Source: Eledone cirrhosa
Taxonomy: Eukaryota
DNA length: 64,000 nt
Direction of reading: 5' to 3'
NCBI GenBank assembly: GCA_964016885.1
Contig: OZ024743.1
Coordinates: forward strand, 281,790,001 to 281,854,000
The notes beneath the pieces were generated by a model that was not told where the DNA came from, did not search any database, and worked only from the letters and a program-made list of their open reading frames with translations. Made by a program: the position numbers and the translations under genes. Positions 27,461 through 41,180 of this stretch are shown piece after piece; the first letter of the stretch is position 1, and the number at the start of each line of letters is the position of its first letter.

Positions 27461-29890
27461 GCATCGGAGGTATCTTACTGACCTCTACCAACAAGTTCTT
27501 AAGGGAGATACACTTATACCAGAATGGTTGACATTAGCACAAACATTACTGGGCCCCAAGAACAAAGACACCCACTTGGCAAAAAACTACCGACCCATTG
27601 CATGTCAGAACCTGATCTATAAGATGTATACAGCCTGCCTGAACCTATTCCTCCAAGATCACTGTGAAAATAATAACATCATCACAGATGAAGAAGCAGC
27701 TGGAAAGAAAGGGGTTTGAGGATGTGCTGAACAACTCCTAATCAACAAAACTCCGATGTCGGAGGTGCGACAACTTAGGAGGAATATGGCTACAGTCTGG
27801 CTGGACTACAGGAAAGCTTTTGATTCTGTTCCCCACTCTTGGATGATAGAGGCCCTCCAACTTGCTAAAGTCCCAGACATTATTATCAGAGCCATAGAGA
27901 GGCTGTCTTCTTCTTGGGCTACTATCCTAAGGTTAAAGACAGAGAGGGAGGACTCTATTTTCACTGATAAAATAAAATATCGCAGGGGTATATTTCAGGA
28001 AGACAGTCTCTCTGTGATATTATTCATCCTGTCATTAAACCCCTTGTCCTTTCTACTCAAGAAATGTGAAGGATACATCATTGGCTCACAGGAGGACAGA
28101 AATACGAACCTAACCCATAATTTCTTTGTGGATGATCTGAAACTCTATGCCAAGAACATGGATGGGATGAAGAAAATTCTTGACCTGGGTTACAACGTTC
28201 TCAAAGGATATAGGAATGGAGTTTCGCCGAGATAAATGCTCATATATGACTGTAAAGCAGGGAAAAACAACAACCCAATCTAGCAGCATTGTCATCAATG
28301 GCCTAACTGTTTCACCGATATCTGATGAGGACTGCTACAGATACCTGGGGATAAATGAGAACATATCCTATAATGGTATCTGTAATAAGGAATACTACAC
28401 CCGATTAGGAAAGATTTGGTCATCGGAACTCTCTGCGCAAAACAAAACAGTGGCTCACAATGTGTTTGCTGTGCCTGTCCTAACACAAACGTTTGGAATA
28501 CTCAATTGGACGATAGATGAAATTCGAGCAGTTGATGTTAGAACTCGAAAAATACTAAACAACACCGGAAACTTCCACATCAACAGTGACATAGACCGCC
28601 TTTACTTGAAACGTAAGCATGGAGGCAGAGCCCTAACATCAGTCCAGACAGCATTTGAATGTCGCATCATATCCCTCCGACAACATCTACGAACCTCGAA
28701 GCGTAGGAGCCCGTCTCTCGAGCAAGTCTATCTGCATGAAACAGATAAGATCATGAGAGTTGGGAAGGAACTCCTCGAGAGATATTCCCTGTGTGATAAT
28801 CAAAAACTCACACCAGTCGCTCAGCAGTATCGCAGTGAATCCATGGATGAAAAACTGCATGCTTATCAGCAAAAAATCATGCATGGATATGTTGCCAGGA
28901 AGTTCCAGAGTGAGAGTAATATAGATAAGGAAAATAGTCTATCTTGGACTAACAACAGTTATATTGGCTCCCACTTTGAAGGATACACTTTTGCAATCCA
29001 AGAACAGGAAATTAAAATGAAATATCTGATTCACAAAAGAGATAGGGATGCAGGCAAAACACCTAGATGTGATAACAAGTGCAGACTCTAGAGAATTAAC
29101 ATTGAAGATGTCACCCATGTCATCAGCAGCTGCTCAAAGATGTCATCGCGGTACTATCTACCTATGAGACATGATATAGTGGCCAAAACACTGTACAATG
29201 CAATCCGTAGAAAAGATAGCCCCGATAATAAACACATTAAAAGTTACAGCAATATGGAAGACATCCATATACATAATATGAAAGAGTACTGGTGGAATGT
29301 TTCAGTAAAAACCCCAATAAAATGCAGGCATAACAGACCAGATATGGGACAGGGAAAAGAAAGCATGCACAGTAGTGGAAGTTAGCTGCCCAGCAGATGC
29401 CAATATAATATCAAAAATTAGCGAAAAGGAGAATATTTATGCAGAACAGATGAGAAATCTGCAGATACTCCACCCTGATTACACCTTCAGATTTATGCCT
29501 GTGATTGTTGGGGCACTGGGATATGTTAGTAACTGCCTCAATACAAATCTTGAGCAGCTAAGCTTCACAGGAACAGAAAGAACAGAATTAGTTAGGAAAT
29601 TACAAGTACAATCCATTAATGGAACAGTAAAAATATGTAAAACATTCTAAAAATTTTGCATCTAATAACTGCATATACACATATACAGATAGAAAGCATA
29701 TACACATGAATACTTACAACTCAAAACATACACATCCACACATACAATAACATCCATATCTACACATGCATACATACATATCTACCTAGTTGATGTTGTG
29801 TAAATTCCAATGAGAGAGTCTTGTGTCTATGTTAGAAACCGATTCTCTCTATATTGGTAAAAATTTGTGAAATTAGAGAACCAGAAGAAC
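27461..29890 (+). mobile_element. 5'-truncated R4/Dong-like LINE (RT, CCHC, RLE), ending in (CATA)n
   Basis: NYRPIAC, WLDYRKAFDSVPH, GIFQEDSLS, FVDDLKLY, YRYLG, RHD and HNRPD motifs. Confidence 0.93.
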
Positions 29891-30084
29891 ATACATACAT
29901 ACATACATATATATACATATATACACACATATCACCATCATCATCATCGTTTTTACATCCATTTTTCATAAAAACAATAATGATGATGTGTATGTGTATG
30001 TATATATGTATATATCATTATCATCATCACCATTTAACGTCTTATTTTCCATGCTTCCATGGGTCTGTTGGGTCATCCATGTTC

Positions 30085-31265
30085 ACATGCCCTCACCTTA
30101 GTGAAACAACTACAAGATAAGTTCCTAGCTAAGTGTAAGCCACCACACCTAGCTTTTGCAGATCTGGGAAAGGTATGTTGTCTGGTGGGCCTTAAGAAAA
30201 CTGGGTGTAGATGAGACAATACTTCTGTACATGGCTCATGCAAGCAGTGCAAGCCACGTACAGAAGTGTAAAATGAGAGAGGTTATGAGTAGTGAGTAAT
30301 GCAATGTGCAAGTGGGTATTCATCAAGAGTCCGTCCTTATCTCCTTGTTTATTATTGTTCTTCAGGCCATAATAGAGGAGTCTAAGATTGGTTGTCTATA
30401 GGAACTTCCATATGCTGAGGGTCTGGTTCTTATAGCTGAATTTGTGGAAGAGTTAGAGAAAAAATTCCAGTTATGGAAATAAAAATTAGAATCAAATGGG
30501 CTTAGCAAAGTTTTAGTAAGTAGTAAAGAAGACAAAATTCTGATCTTATTAGGCAAGTGGCCATGCTCAATATATAGAAAGGGAGTATATAGGAGCTCTA
30601 TACAATGTACACAGTGTAAGGTATCAATACACAAGTGGTGTATTGGGATTGCAGACAAATAGACTTTGTATGTAGCAGATGCACAGGAAAAAGCCTCAGT
30701 GAAATAAACCTTTTCCAATCCCAGGACAGTACCATAGAAATAGTTGATAGTTTCTGTTACTTAGGTAACCTAATCAGCTGTGAGAAAGGTTATTCTGAAA
30801 GTATAGTAGCTAGAACAAGCTGTTAAAAATGTATGGTACTGCTACCTCTGTTAACAACAAAAAGGTTTTCCTTCCAAGCGAAGGGCAACTGTATGTTGCC
30901 TGCAAGAGAAATGTGATGTTCGATAGCAGTGAGACATGGAGCTTGTTAGTGTGCATGAACAACAGGGTGTGGATGAACTCAGAGAAAAACTGGGTATATG
31001 AGGAATCAGATGCAGTGTGCAAGTGAGAAGACTGCACTGGTATGAGCATATGATGCATGAATGATGAAGGCTGGGTGAATAAGTGCCATGAGATACCAGT
31101 GGAAGAACGCTGTAGTAGAAGACTGAGAAAAATCTGGGTAGAGGTTGTTAGAGCTGATCTCAAAATGCTGAACTTCATAAAGGAGATATCAAAAGAACGC
31201 TATGAGTGGAAGAGAACCCATACAACCCATGTTAGCATGGAAAAACAGATGTAAAATGATCATGA
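30085..31265 (+). pseudogene. Heavily decayed RTE LINE
   Basis: Remnants of DLGK, GKWPCS, DSFCYLG and the RTE 3' end acccatgttagcatggaaaaacagatgtaaaatgat. Confidence 0.85.
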
Positions 31266-31340
31266 TATTTGATGCCTGTAGCTACTTCCTACCCACCATT
31301 TCACACTAGTATCCAGGAATTTGGCTTAAGCAATCTTCAA

Positions 31341-32007
31341 TCTAAACTATAATAAAGTAAGAAGCGCGGGACTGCGCACGGTTTATAATTTTTTATCCCC
31401 TTAGTAAAATAAGTTGGATTACTTTGAATAAATAATTGTTTCTACTATTGGCACAAGGCCAGCAATTAACCAGTACATTACTGGTACTTTATTTTATCGA
31501 CCCCGTAATGATGAAAAGCAAAGTTAACCTCGGCAGGATTTGAACTCAGAATGGCAAGGGCCGTAACTCTATGCGTCAAAGAATGCCGTCCGACCCTCTA
31601 TCGATACTGTCAATTCACCGGAATGAATATTACATAATTTATCTACTAAATTTCGTGGCTGTTCGTTAAATATATTTCATTACTTATTTAAAGATTCACT
31701 TCTTTAAAATTTTCACATGTCAACACTTCTGGTTAGAGATCGTTTAAATAAATATTCATATATTTCTGTCACTAATTTTTGCCTAATGCAGTTTATATAT
31801 AATATCGTCTTTTTTTAATGTATCATGGATTACGTTACTGATTACATAAGACAGTGTAACACAGTCTTCGTTCAATTTCTGTGTATATTGTCAATTACGA
31901 TTTTATTTGATGTATCATATCTACATGCATATATACTTGCGTATAATATCAATATACACACCACCCATACTAGCAGAAAATTACCCGAAGGGTGGTTTTT
32001 CTGCTAG
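31341..32007 (+). mobile_element. Non-autonomous Helitron-like element containing a minus-strand ATT-SINE subtype B (31432-31620)
   Basis: A|TC start, terminal hairpin actagcagaaaa..cccgaaggg..tttttctgctag, CTAG|T end. Confidence 0.75.
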
Positions 32008-32403
32008 TGTATATAAATATGTATAATAAAAACATAAGTATATACATAAACACAAATATATTTATACATACAGATGCACATAAATATACATAAAATATTT
32101 CCTTCAAACCAATTCTCTCTAATTCTTTAATCAACATTCTATGAAACTACTATAATAAGATTTATTGCACATGAAATTATTTTCTACCAATCTTTACACT
32201 TTATTTTCCTTTGCTTTGCTATTGCACCAGATATTTCTGTCTCTGATGCAATCTATTAACTCTTTCAAAAAGTCTACCAGCAGCTACCCTACATCTCTTT
32301 TCTTCTCTTTCTCTATCCCAAAGAAATCTCTAGATACTGAACCTGACCATCTTCTTGTTCTTTAGAAGTCATCTCTATATGAAATAAATAAATACATACA
32401 CAC

Positions 32404-32444
<41 letters not shown>

Positions 32445-32496
32445 ACATCATCATCATCATCACCGTTTTACGTCCGTTCTTCTACGCTAGCATGGG

Positions 32497-34152
32497 TATC
32501 ATCATCATCATCATCATCTTCGTTTAACGTCCATTTTCCACGCTAGCATGGGTTAGACGGGAGTTGTCCCACTTGAGGCAAGGCTGGTCGGGTGACCGTG
32601 TCTAACTCATATAGGACTATCTGGCAGGTTTTCTACGGCTGGATGCCCTTCCTAACACCAACCACATTTACAGTGTGGAACTGGGAACTTTTTACCGTGT
32701 TACCTACACGGCCACATTACAGCGTGGACTGTGTGTTTTTTTTTTGTCGTGACACCTACACGAACTCGATCTCATTTTCTTGTGCTGTTGGTGGGAGTGG
32801 GAGGATAGGGTAGGGGTAGTAGATTGGGGTGAATATTTGGTTAAGAGATGCCTACTGACTGTAGGTTTCACTTTGTATATAGGCAAGGCGGGTCTTCTGT
32901 ATTACTGCGTAGCGCCAAAGATCTCGGTCCAGAGACATTGTCTTAGAGAGATGTAAGTATTTGAGGTCGGAATTTATCAGATCATCCCAGGTTTTTCTGG
33001 GTCTACCTACTCCATAACTACCATCAATTTTGATCGCCCTGCACTTTTTCATGCAACTGTCGTCTTTCATGCGCATCACGTGACCATACCAACGTAGTCT
33101 TCTCTCAAGTAAACAGCATCTGATCCCTCTTATTCCTAATTTCTCACTTAGTTCATTTATGCTTTGCCGTTCACGTATATTACTATTACACATCCAACGG
33201 AGCATGCATGCTTCGTTCCTTTCCAGTCTGCGCAGGTCCTCTGCACGTAATGCCCATGTCTCACTCTCATGTAGCATTGCTGTTCGTATACAGGCATCAT
33301 ACAATCTGCCTTTCATTTTTAGAGAGAAACCTTTTGTGGCCAACAGTGGTATAAGGTCTCTGAACTTTTTCCATCCCGTTCTGACTCTGGGTACTGTACT
33401 TTCAGAACACCCTCCACCACTGCTGGTTTTGTCACCCAGGTAACGGAAAGTGTCTACTATTTCTATAGAACCGTCTGGGCAATGGAAGGAGCTAGTATCC
33501 TTTGGACACTTGCTATTTATTGCACCTGAGCATTGGCCACATATAAAGTCTACGTTCTTAGATAGTTTACCTGCGATCCCACTACATCTTTTATGTACCC
33601 ATACTTTGCATTTGGGACATAAAATGGAATTTCTGCCTACTCTTTTCCTACACACTGAGCATGGCCATTTCCCTGAGGGCACCTGTGCCCTATTTTCCTT
33701 TCAACAAACTAGAACTTTAGTCTTAGACAAGTTAACTTTAAGGCCTTTTGATTCTAGGCCATGCTTCCATGTTTCGAATTTCTTCTCTAGTTCGGCCATT
33801 GATTCAGCTATGAGCGTTAGATCATCTGCGTATAGGAGTTCCCATGGGCAGCTGGACTTGAACTTCTCTGTTATAGCCTGAAGGGAAATAATAAATAAGG
33901 GGGCCAAGGACAGAGCCTTGAAGAACGCCAACTTTTACACTAAATTCTTCACAATATTCATTGTTAATTCTAACCTTACTGACTTTCATTATACATAGCT
34001 TGTATAGCTCTCACAAGCCATTCATCTACACCTAGTTTTCTAAGAGCCCACCAGATAATGGAGCGGGGGACTCCGTCAAAGGCTTTTTCCAGGTCTACAA
34101 AAGCTAAGTAGAGGGGTTTACTTTTAGCTAGGTACTTCTCTTGTAGTTGTCT
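32497..34152 (-). mobile_element. 5'-truncated RTE LINE; a short RTE tail fragment (32446-32496) sits in its tail
   Basis: DLEKAFD, LLYADDL, GKWPCSVC finger, RRLRWYGH and the repeat-containing 3'UTR. Confidence 0.93.
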
Positions 34153-36239
34153 ATGTATATATATGTGTGTGTGTGTGTGTGTGTTTGTGTGTATAAAAAG
34201 AAATTTCATCTAAGTTGTTCAGAATGTGTGTGACCCCCCCCCCCCCCCCCAAAAAAAAAAAAAATAGATAAATAAAAATTCTAGCAGCCTAAGCAATCAC
34301 CTGTTTTGCTGAGTATATAACTTTGTCTTGTACCATCCTCATTCTGTCACACTGTTAATTCTTTTTTGGCCAGGGACTCATTTATTTTCAATTCCTATTT
34401 AATTCAAAGACAGAGAGATGGGATCAATATGTTTAGGGGCATTATATTCCATGGATAAAAGCTGTGTAGGACAGTGACAACTGACACTGGCTTAGGAAGG
34501 CCTTGGGCAGACGATGGCACAGAATGATAATGATAATGATGAGTAGATATTAAAATGTCTTTAGTATATATTATTATCACTTTGAACTTTATATACTAAT
34601 GTATCTATATATTTACCAGTATATTTTACTTTCATCTGCACAAACCAACAAGGGAGCCTCTGCATGGCCAAGTTGAACTAATGAGGGAACTGATAAAAGC
34701 AGCAGTCAAATCACCCTCAGATCATCCCCAACTATCTTAGATAAGGTGCTCCTACATAACTAAAAAAAGAAGCAATAGTCATAGATGGAATGCCTTTGAT
34801 CATATATCTCCATGATCAGGATTGACCTGGGGCTAAACAACAACACCAACTTTTATCTGCATGTACACAATAGTTTCTTTCAATTTATGCAAGGTCAGCT
34901 AAACAAAATATACAAGAATAAAGTTAAACGCTTAATCTTTTGAAATTGATATTTTAAAAAGTCTGCCTCAATTTCAAGGATGAAAGCCAATTTAAGCTCC
35001 GAAGGAGAAACCATATATCCTCAAAAGAAATTGAATTGATCAAACATTGCTTGAAGTGTTAAAATTTACCAGAAGTGACCTTATAAAAATTAACTTTTTT
35101 AATATCTGCATATCTGCAGATTGTAGGAAATGAAATTTTGTTTTACTAATTTACAACAAATATATCTTGTATATTGCTGAGTTGTTTTGTATTTTACTCT
35201 CTCATCTGATTCCTATTTGTTACTTTATATTTATTATTTTTTTGTTTCCATGGGTGGGATGGGTTTTTGTCAGAACAATTGTTTTTCCAGATGGATAGCC
35301 CTTCCTATTGTTGTTAAACACTCAACTGGGAAGCTAAAGTAACTAGATCTTTCATTGATTTTGACAATGAATGTTCCTCTTGTTTAGCAGATGTGGTTAA
35401 ACATTGGAGGAAATACCTTGTGGTATTTATTCCAGTTCCTTGTATTGTTAGTTCTATCTTTTCTACTGTTATAACTGTTGCCTTTACTTCTCAGAACTGT
35501 TGTGTCATGTGGCATCTCTACTTAGGCACTGCCAGCCCACTTGTCTTTCTTCCTTTCATCACCCATATTGTTGCTCCATTCCATTAGGCCCTGCTCTTAT
35601 CATTATTCCCATCATTCCTTCCTCCCCAGAATACCATCACTCTGGAATTCCTTCCCTACATTCTTCTCCAGCAATTAATGTGTAACTGTTATAACTGCTA
35701 AAAAGAATCATAAACTGCATCAATCTCACCAGTCCTGTGGGCCTGTGAAGGCCATGGCCAATGACGCTTCCTCCAGACAGCAGTGGATATGCATAACTTT
35801 GAACAGAATTGGCAGCAATTCTAGGATGGGGCCACAAAGCATATATCCTGTATAAGAATATAAATTTAATTTTAAAATGATTCGTAAAAAAAAATCTTTC
35901 TTTTATTGTTTGAATCTGGGAAATAAAAAAAATATGAATGTGACATTCCATTCCTGTTGAGTTTAATGTAATGTCAGCTTTATATCTATTTAATGTTTTG
36001 TAAGACATTTAAACAATTTCAAATTTGTGCACTTACTGCATTCAAACAAATATCATCCTCATCCTCCTCATCTTTCCCTTCCCCCTCCTCTTCCCCTTTT
36101 ACTGGCACTACTACTACATCACCACCCTTACTACTGCCACTACCACCCTAACCCCACCAACAACACCACCCTCATAGATAACACTGTCATTATCCTCATC
36201 CTCACAACATCATTATTGTTGTTGCCATCATCATCATGT

Positions 36240-36675
36240 ACCTGGTACACCCTGTAAAGTGGTAGTGCTGGTGCCACAATAAAATGCACTGTCGATCCTG
36301 TAAAGTGGTAGTGCTGGTTCCACAATAAAATGCACTCAGTCGATCCTGTAAAGTGGTAGTGCTGGTTCCACAATAAAGTACACCAATCCGATCTGTAAAG
36401 TGGTAGTGCTGGTTCCACAATAAAATACACCCAGTCCATCTGTTAAGTGGTAGTTCTAGTGCATGAATAAATGCATCCAGTCCAATCTGTAAAGAGGTAC
36501 TGCCATGATAAAATGCATCCAGTATGCTCTGTAAAGTAGTTGGCTTTAGGAGGGGCATCTAGCTATAGAACCCATGCCAAATGTAGAACATATGAACAAG
36601 ATGTCTTCTGACCTGTTTGGTTTCAGACCATGACAACCCATGGAAAATGGATGTAAAACAATGATAATGGTGATA
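36240..36675 (+). mobile_element. RTE-derived non-autonomous element with about 7 tandem ~45-bp units
   Basis: ctgtaaagtggtagtgctggt(g/t)ccacaataaaatgcac repeats, then ttaggaggggcatctagc and an RTE-like 3' end. Confidence 0.75.
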
Positions 36676-37554
36676 AGAACATGGAGGTAAGAACTTGCTG
36701 TTCCAGAAATATAAACATCTGCAACCAACAATATGGCATCCATTTGTTTCAAACTAAATTTTCAGAAGCAACTAACACATGACCCTGGGAAACAAACAGT
36801 CAAAAAATACTCATATGTTCATTATAATATAAACTTTGGAGACACTTATATGTTTATAGAGCAGGTTAGATGGACACATATTAATTAACAGTGGCTCTAA
36901 CATAGTGGGTTGACAGTATCGGCAGAGCATTGGACAAAATGCTTTACAGCACATAATTGCAGCCTTTTATGTTCTGGGTTGAAATGCCACCAAAATTAGC
37001 TTTACCTTTCATCCTTATGGGGTTGATGAAATAAAGCACCAGTAACACACTGGAGTCAGTTCATCAAACCTGCTCTATAAATACATAAGCATCTTCAAAA
37101 AAGTATTATTAACAAAAATAAAAAATAAAAAAACCTATGTGCATGAAGCTTTAGCTTTCTTATCTCTGTACCAAGTAAACATCAGTCATGTCAGAAATGA
37201 TCTTGAAATGCTATAATATTTGGTATTCTCGTACAGTTACTGAGGTAACTGTGATCATGATCACAACTTAAATTACTCACAGCGGGACTTATGTATTGTT
37301 TATGCTTCCATATATGCCCCTATTACGCATGTATATATATATGACATACAAAACATCAAATAAAAAGAAAAGTATGAAATTAATATAAATAGCATTTTGT
37401 GTGGCAGTTAAGATTGATTATCAAAAATGGTTCTATGTTATTTTTGTTATTTAAAAATTTTCATTTTATTTTTTTTCCCACAAAATTTAAATCCAATTAT
37501 AGCTTAGATTATAGTTAATTTTAATTAATATTCTAAATTAAAAACCAAAATATT

Positions 37555-37573
37555 CTTCTTCTTCTTCTTTTTC

Positions 37574-37605
<32 letters not shown>

Positions 37606-40600
37606 ACTATTTGAGTCTCAGTCATTGATGTTAGTTAACTGGAAAGTTTGTTGAAATGAATATCAAGCCACTACCTGCAGCCTCAGATATTCAGAACCTA
37701 TCGGAGGGTTCTTGCTGTTCCCAGCAAGCATGCCTTTTGAAGCGTTCCAAAAAGCGTGAAGGGGCCAATTTTCTTTAACCATCCCTGGAAACTTTTTGAG
37801 ATAGTCCCTAGTGCGCCTATGACAGTCGGGATCACTTTGACTTCATGGCAGTTCCAAATCCTTTTTACCTCCCACTTTAAGTCCTGGTATCGGTTAATTT
37901 TTCCCTCTCCTTCTCTTGCACTCTCGTGTCGAATGGGCAGGCCACATCCACAATCAGGCACAATCTTTTTTCTTTGTCCACAACCACCAGGTCAGGTCTA
38001 TTGTGTTCCAGTTTCTTGTCCGTCTGTATCCTAAAATCCCACAGCACCTTCACCTGATCGTTTTCTATCACCGCCTCTGACTTATGCTCATACCACTTCT
38101 CAGAATGTGGTAAATTGTTTACTTTGCATAGGTGCCAGTGGATCACCCTGCCCATCACATCATGTCTCCAGCCCTTATAGTGAGTCTGGGCTAGGTGTTT
38201 ACACTCGGATACAATGTGAGCCACAGTCTCCTCTCTCTCTCCACAGATCCTGCACAGTGGGCTAGCCTCCTCCTTGTAAATATGGTGTTTCAACCACTTC
38301 GTTTTGAGGGCCTGCTCCTGCGCAGCCATTAACATTCCTTCTGTAGCCTTTTTAAGGTCTCCTCTTTTCAACCAGTTCCATGTCTGTGGATCTCTAAATT
38401 CAGTTTTCTCAAAGAAGGTACTATGAAGGGATTTTTCCTGAAGGCTGCTCTTTCTCCTTGATGTTATTTCCTCCTTGGACATCCCCTGGCCTATTGTCCC
38501 CTCCTTCAGTACAGTTCTGAGCATTGGCTCCTTACTATCAGTCACGTATTTGTGTAGGTTGTTTTTCTCCATTTGAACACAGTCCTCTATGCTGATAAGA
38601 CCTCTTCCACCCTCAGATCTCCTTAAGTAGAGTCTATCGACATCACTCCTCTTGTGGAACATGTTGTAGATAGTCAATAGCTTCCTAGTCTTCCTATCCA
38701 TTTCTTTCTGTTCAGCAACATTCCATTTCAGAATTCCCGCACTGTATAATAATAGACACAGCTCGGGAATTTACTGCACTTATGGCATTCCTACTGTTCA
38801 GATGTGACTTTAATACGCTTCTTACTCTCCGAATGTATTCAGTTCTTATCAATTCCTTCATTTTTTTTGTTCTTGATGTCATCAGCCTCCAGAACGCCCA
38901 AATACTTGTATCCTTCTTCAGAGTCAATTTCCTTTATCATCTCACCCGTTGGTACCTGGATTCCGTTACTTCTGCTCAACTTACCCCTCTTCATCACAAT
39001 GACTCCACACTTACTAATACCAAATTGCATACATATATCATTGCTGAAAATACGGACAGTGTCAACAAGCACATCCAACTCCTTCTCACTCTTCCCGAAG
39101 AGCTTAAGATCGTCCATGAAGAGGAGGTGATTGATGGTAAGCCCTCCCTTTCCCAACCTGTATCCTGCTCTCACTTTTCGCAGTACACTGGTCAGGGGCA
39201 TCAGGGCAAGGACAAACAACAGAGGGGACAGACTATCTCCCTGGAAGATACCTCTCTTGATCTTCATGCTTCCCAAGGATTCTCCAGTTGATGTTAACTC
39301 TGTTTCCCAGGACTTCATACTTTTGCCCAACAACTGTCTGATTTTATCTGCCACCTTGAAGATCTCCAGGCTTTTGGTGATCCAAGAATGAGGCACCATG
39401 TCAAATGCCTTTTTGTAGTCTATCCATCCCATGGCAAGACCAGTGTGTCTCCTCTTGCAATTCCTCATTACCGTCTTATCAATAAGTAACTGGTCCTTTG
39501 TACCACGTGACTTCTTTCGGCATCCTTTCTGTTCATCCGGTAACAAGTTGTTTGTGTGGAGGTGATGGTAGATTTCCTCAGACATAATGCTTGTCAACAG
39601 TTTCCACATTACGGACAGACATGTGATAGGTCTATAGTTGGTAACATCATTACCCTTGATTCGGTCTTTCATTATCAGAACTGTGGTACCTTTTGTCAAC
39701 CACTCTGGTACCTCACCTGACATCAAGCAGTCATTGAACATGGTTGTCAGTTTCGGGTGGAGGGATGTTATATTTTTAATCCAATACCCCTGCACACCAT
39801 CTGGGCCTGGTGATTTCCAGTTGGTTAGTTTTTTGGCCTGCCCCTTAAGAGTTTCAACTGTGATACTCAAATCAGTTTGTTGGTGTGCCTGTTCACTAAT
39901 CTCCTTCTGTACTGTCTCAATCCACACTGCCTGGTTATTATGTTTAACATCCTGCTCCCATATTCCTCTCCAGAATGTTTTAGTTTGTTCCGCCTCAGGG
40001 ATCAAGTCGTTGCCTCTTTCTTTCCCTTCAAGCTGTCCAAACAGCATCTTCTGGTTGTTGTCGAACATGCGGTTCTGTCTATACTGGCTGACTCTGTTCT
40101 CGTATCGCCTGATTTTTGCACTCTTTGCTACAATGCGTTGCTTCAGTTCCTCTATGATAATATTTAGCTTTTTCCTCCTAGTTTTGTACTTTATTTCCAG
40201 TCTATTTTTAGTGTCCCATTCAGTAGGGACTCAAGCTTTCCAATGTCATTTCTCATTTCCCTGATTTGACCACTCAGTCGTTTCTTCCACCAAGGCTCTG
40301 CTCTTTCTTGTCTGTTGTTTCCTCTCACTTTTATACCAAGTAGTTTCCTCACCGTATTTGCTGTTGCTTTGAGGATATTGTTGCACTGGTGAAGGCTCCT
40401 CGCCTCAAGGTATGGGATGACTTTGTTTACCTTAGCTGTTGTTTCTTTTAACTTTTTCCTGTCTACAAATCTTAGGTTCATAGGTCTCCCACTATCATTG
40501 TTCAATTCATCTACCACTAAGTTTAGGATATCAACCAAATCTTGTCCTAGCCCATCAGCATTCATCTCCTCAGTGGCCGTATCTCTGTTCCAGGTATTAT

Positions 40601-41180
40601 TTATCTCAGCATTCAGATCATTGTCTGCTTCAGGTGGTTCCTCTGTTCTCTCGACCTCTTCACCTTCATTTCCCACTGGCTCGTTTGCCTGGCATACTCC
40701 ACTCTCCATCTCCAAGCTAATCTCTCTGCTCAGTTCCTCCAGTTCCAGCTCGCTTATCCACCCATTAGTTCTTATTACCCGAGCCTGCCCAGCCAATTTT
40801 TGTTCATCTAATTTAAATAGACCAATCTCGTTCCAGATGTTATGCATCCTTGGGGTTACTCTTCGGGTAACATTGCATAACAGTTCTATTCAATTCTTTC
40901 GTCCAGTTGGTTCTGGTCCCTTTCCTTCTTCTTCCTCCGACACCAGCAGTATTTGGTTGACAGCCAGGTCCCTGCTGCTGAGCCATGGAGCACCTGTTGG
41001 GTGAGAGTCTGTCACGTGACATTCTAGTCTCCATTTCACCGTTATTCGAACTGTTTAGGTTCGACATTTAAACACTCTTATCGAGGATTGGCGAATGTAT
41101 GGTTACATAACCACCGGTGAATTCATCGTCTCCGGTGGTTCCGTCACTCCATGTGATTTTTGTGTGGCATTATCACGCTG
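37555..41180 (-). mobile_element. Near full-length R4/Dong-like RLE LINE with frameshifts
   Basis: WKSPGPDGV, NYRPITC, GTKDQLLIDK, GIFQGDSLSP, FMDDLKL, CRIC..H..C, RHD and HNRPDLVVVD motifs. The tail is (CAA)n/(GAA)n. Confidence 0.95.

Noticed and set aside
35730-35847. ALWPHP resembling a hexosaminidase N-terminus
   Set aside because: Only a few residues match and the following sequence does not fit.
36240-36560. Regularly spaced repeats resembling a CRISPR array (also 690-940)
   Set aside because: The units are contiguous degenerate tandem repeats without unique spacers, they are part of RTE-derived elements, and no cas genes are present.
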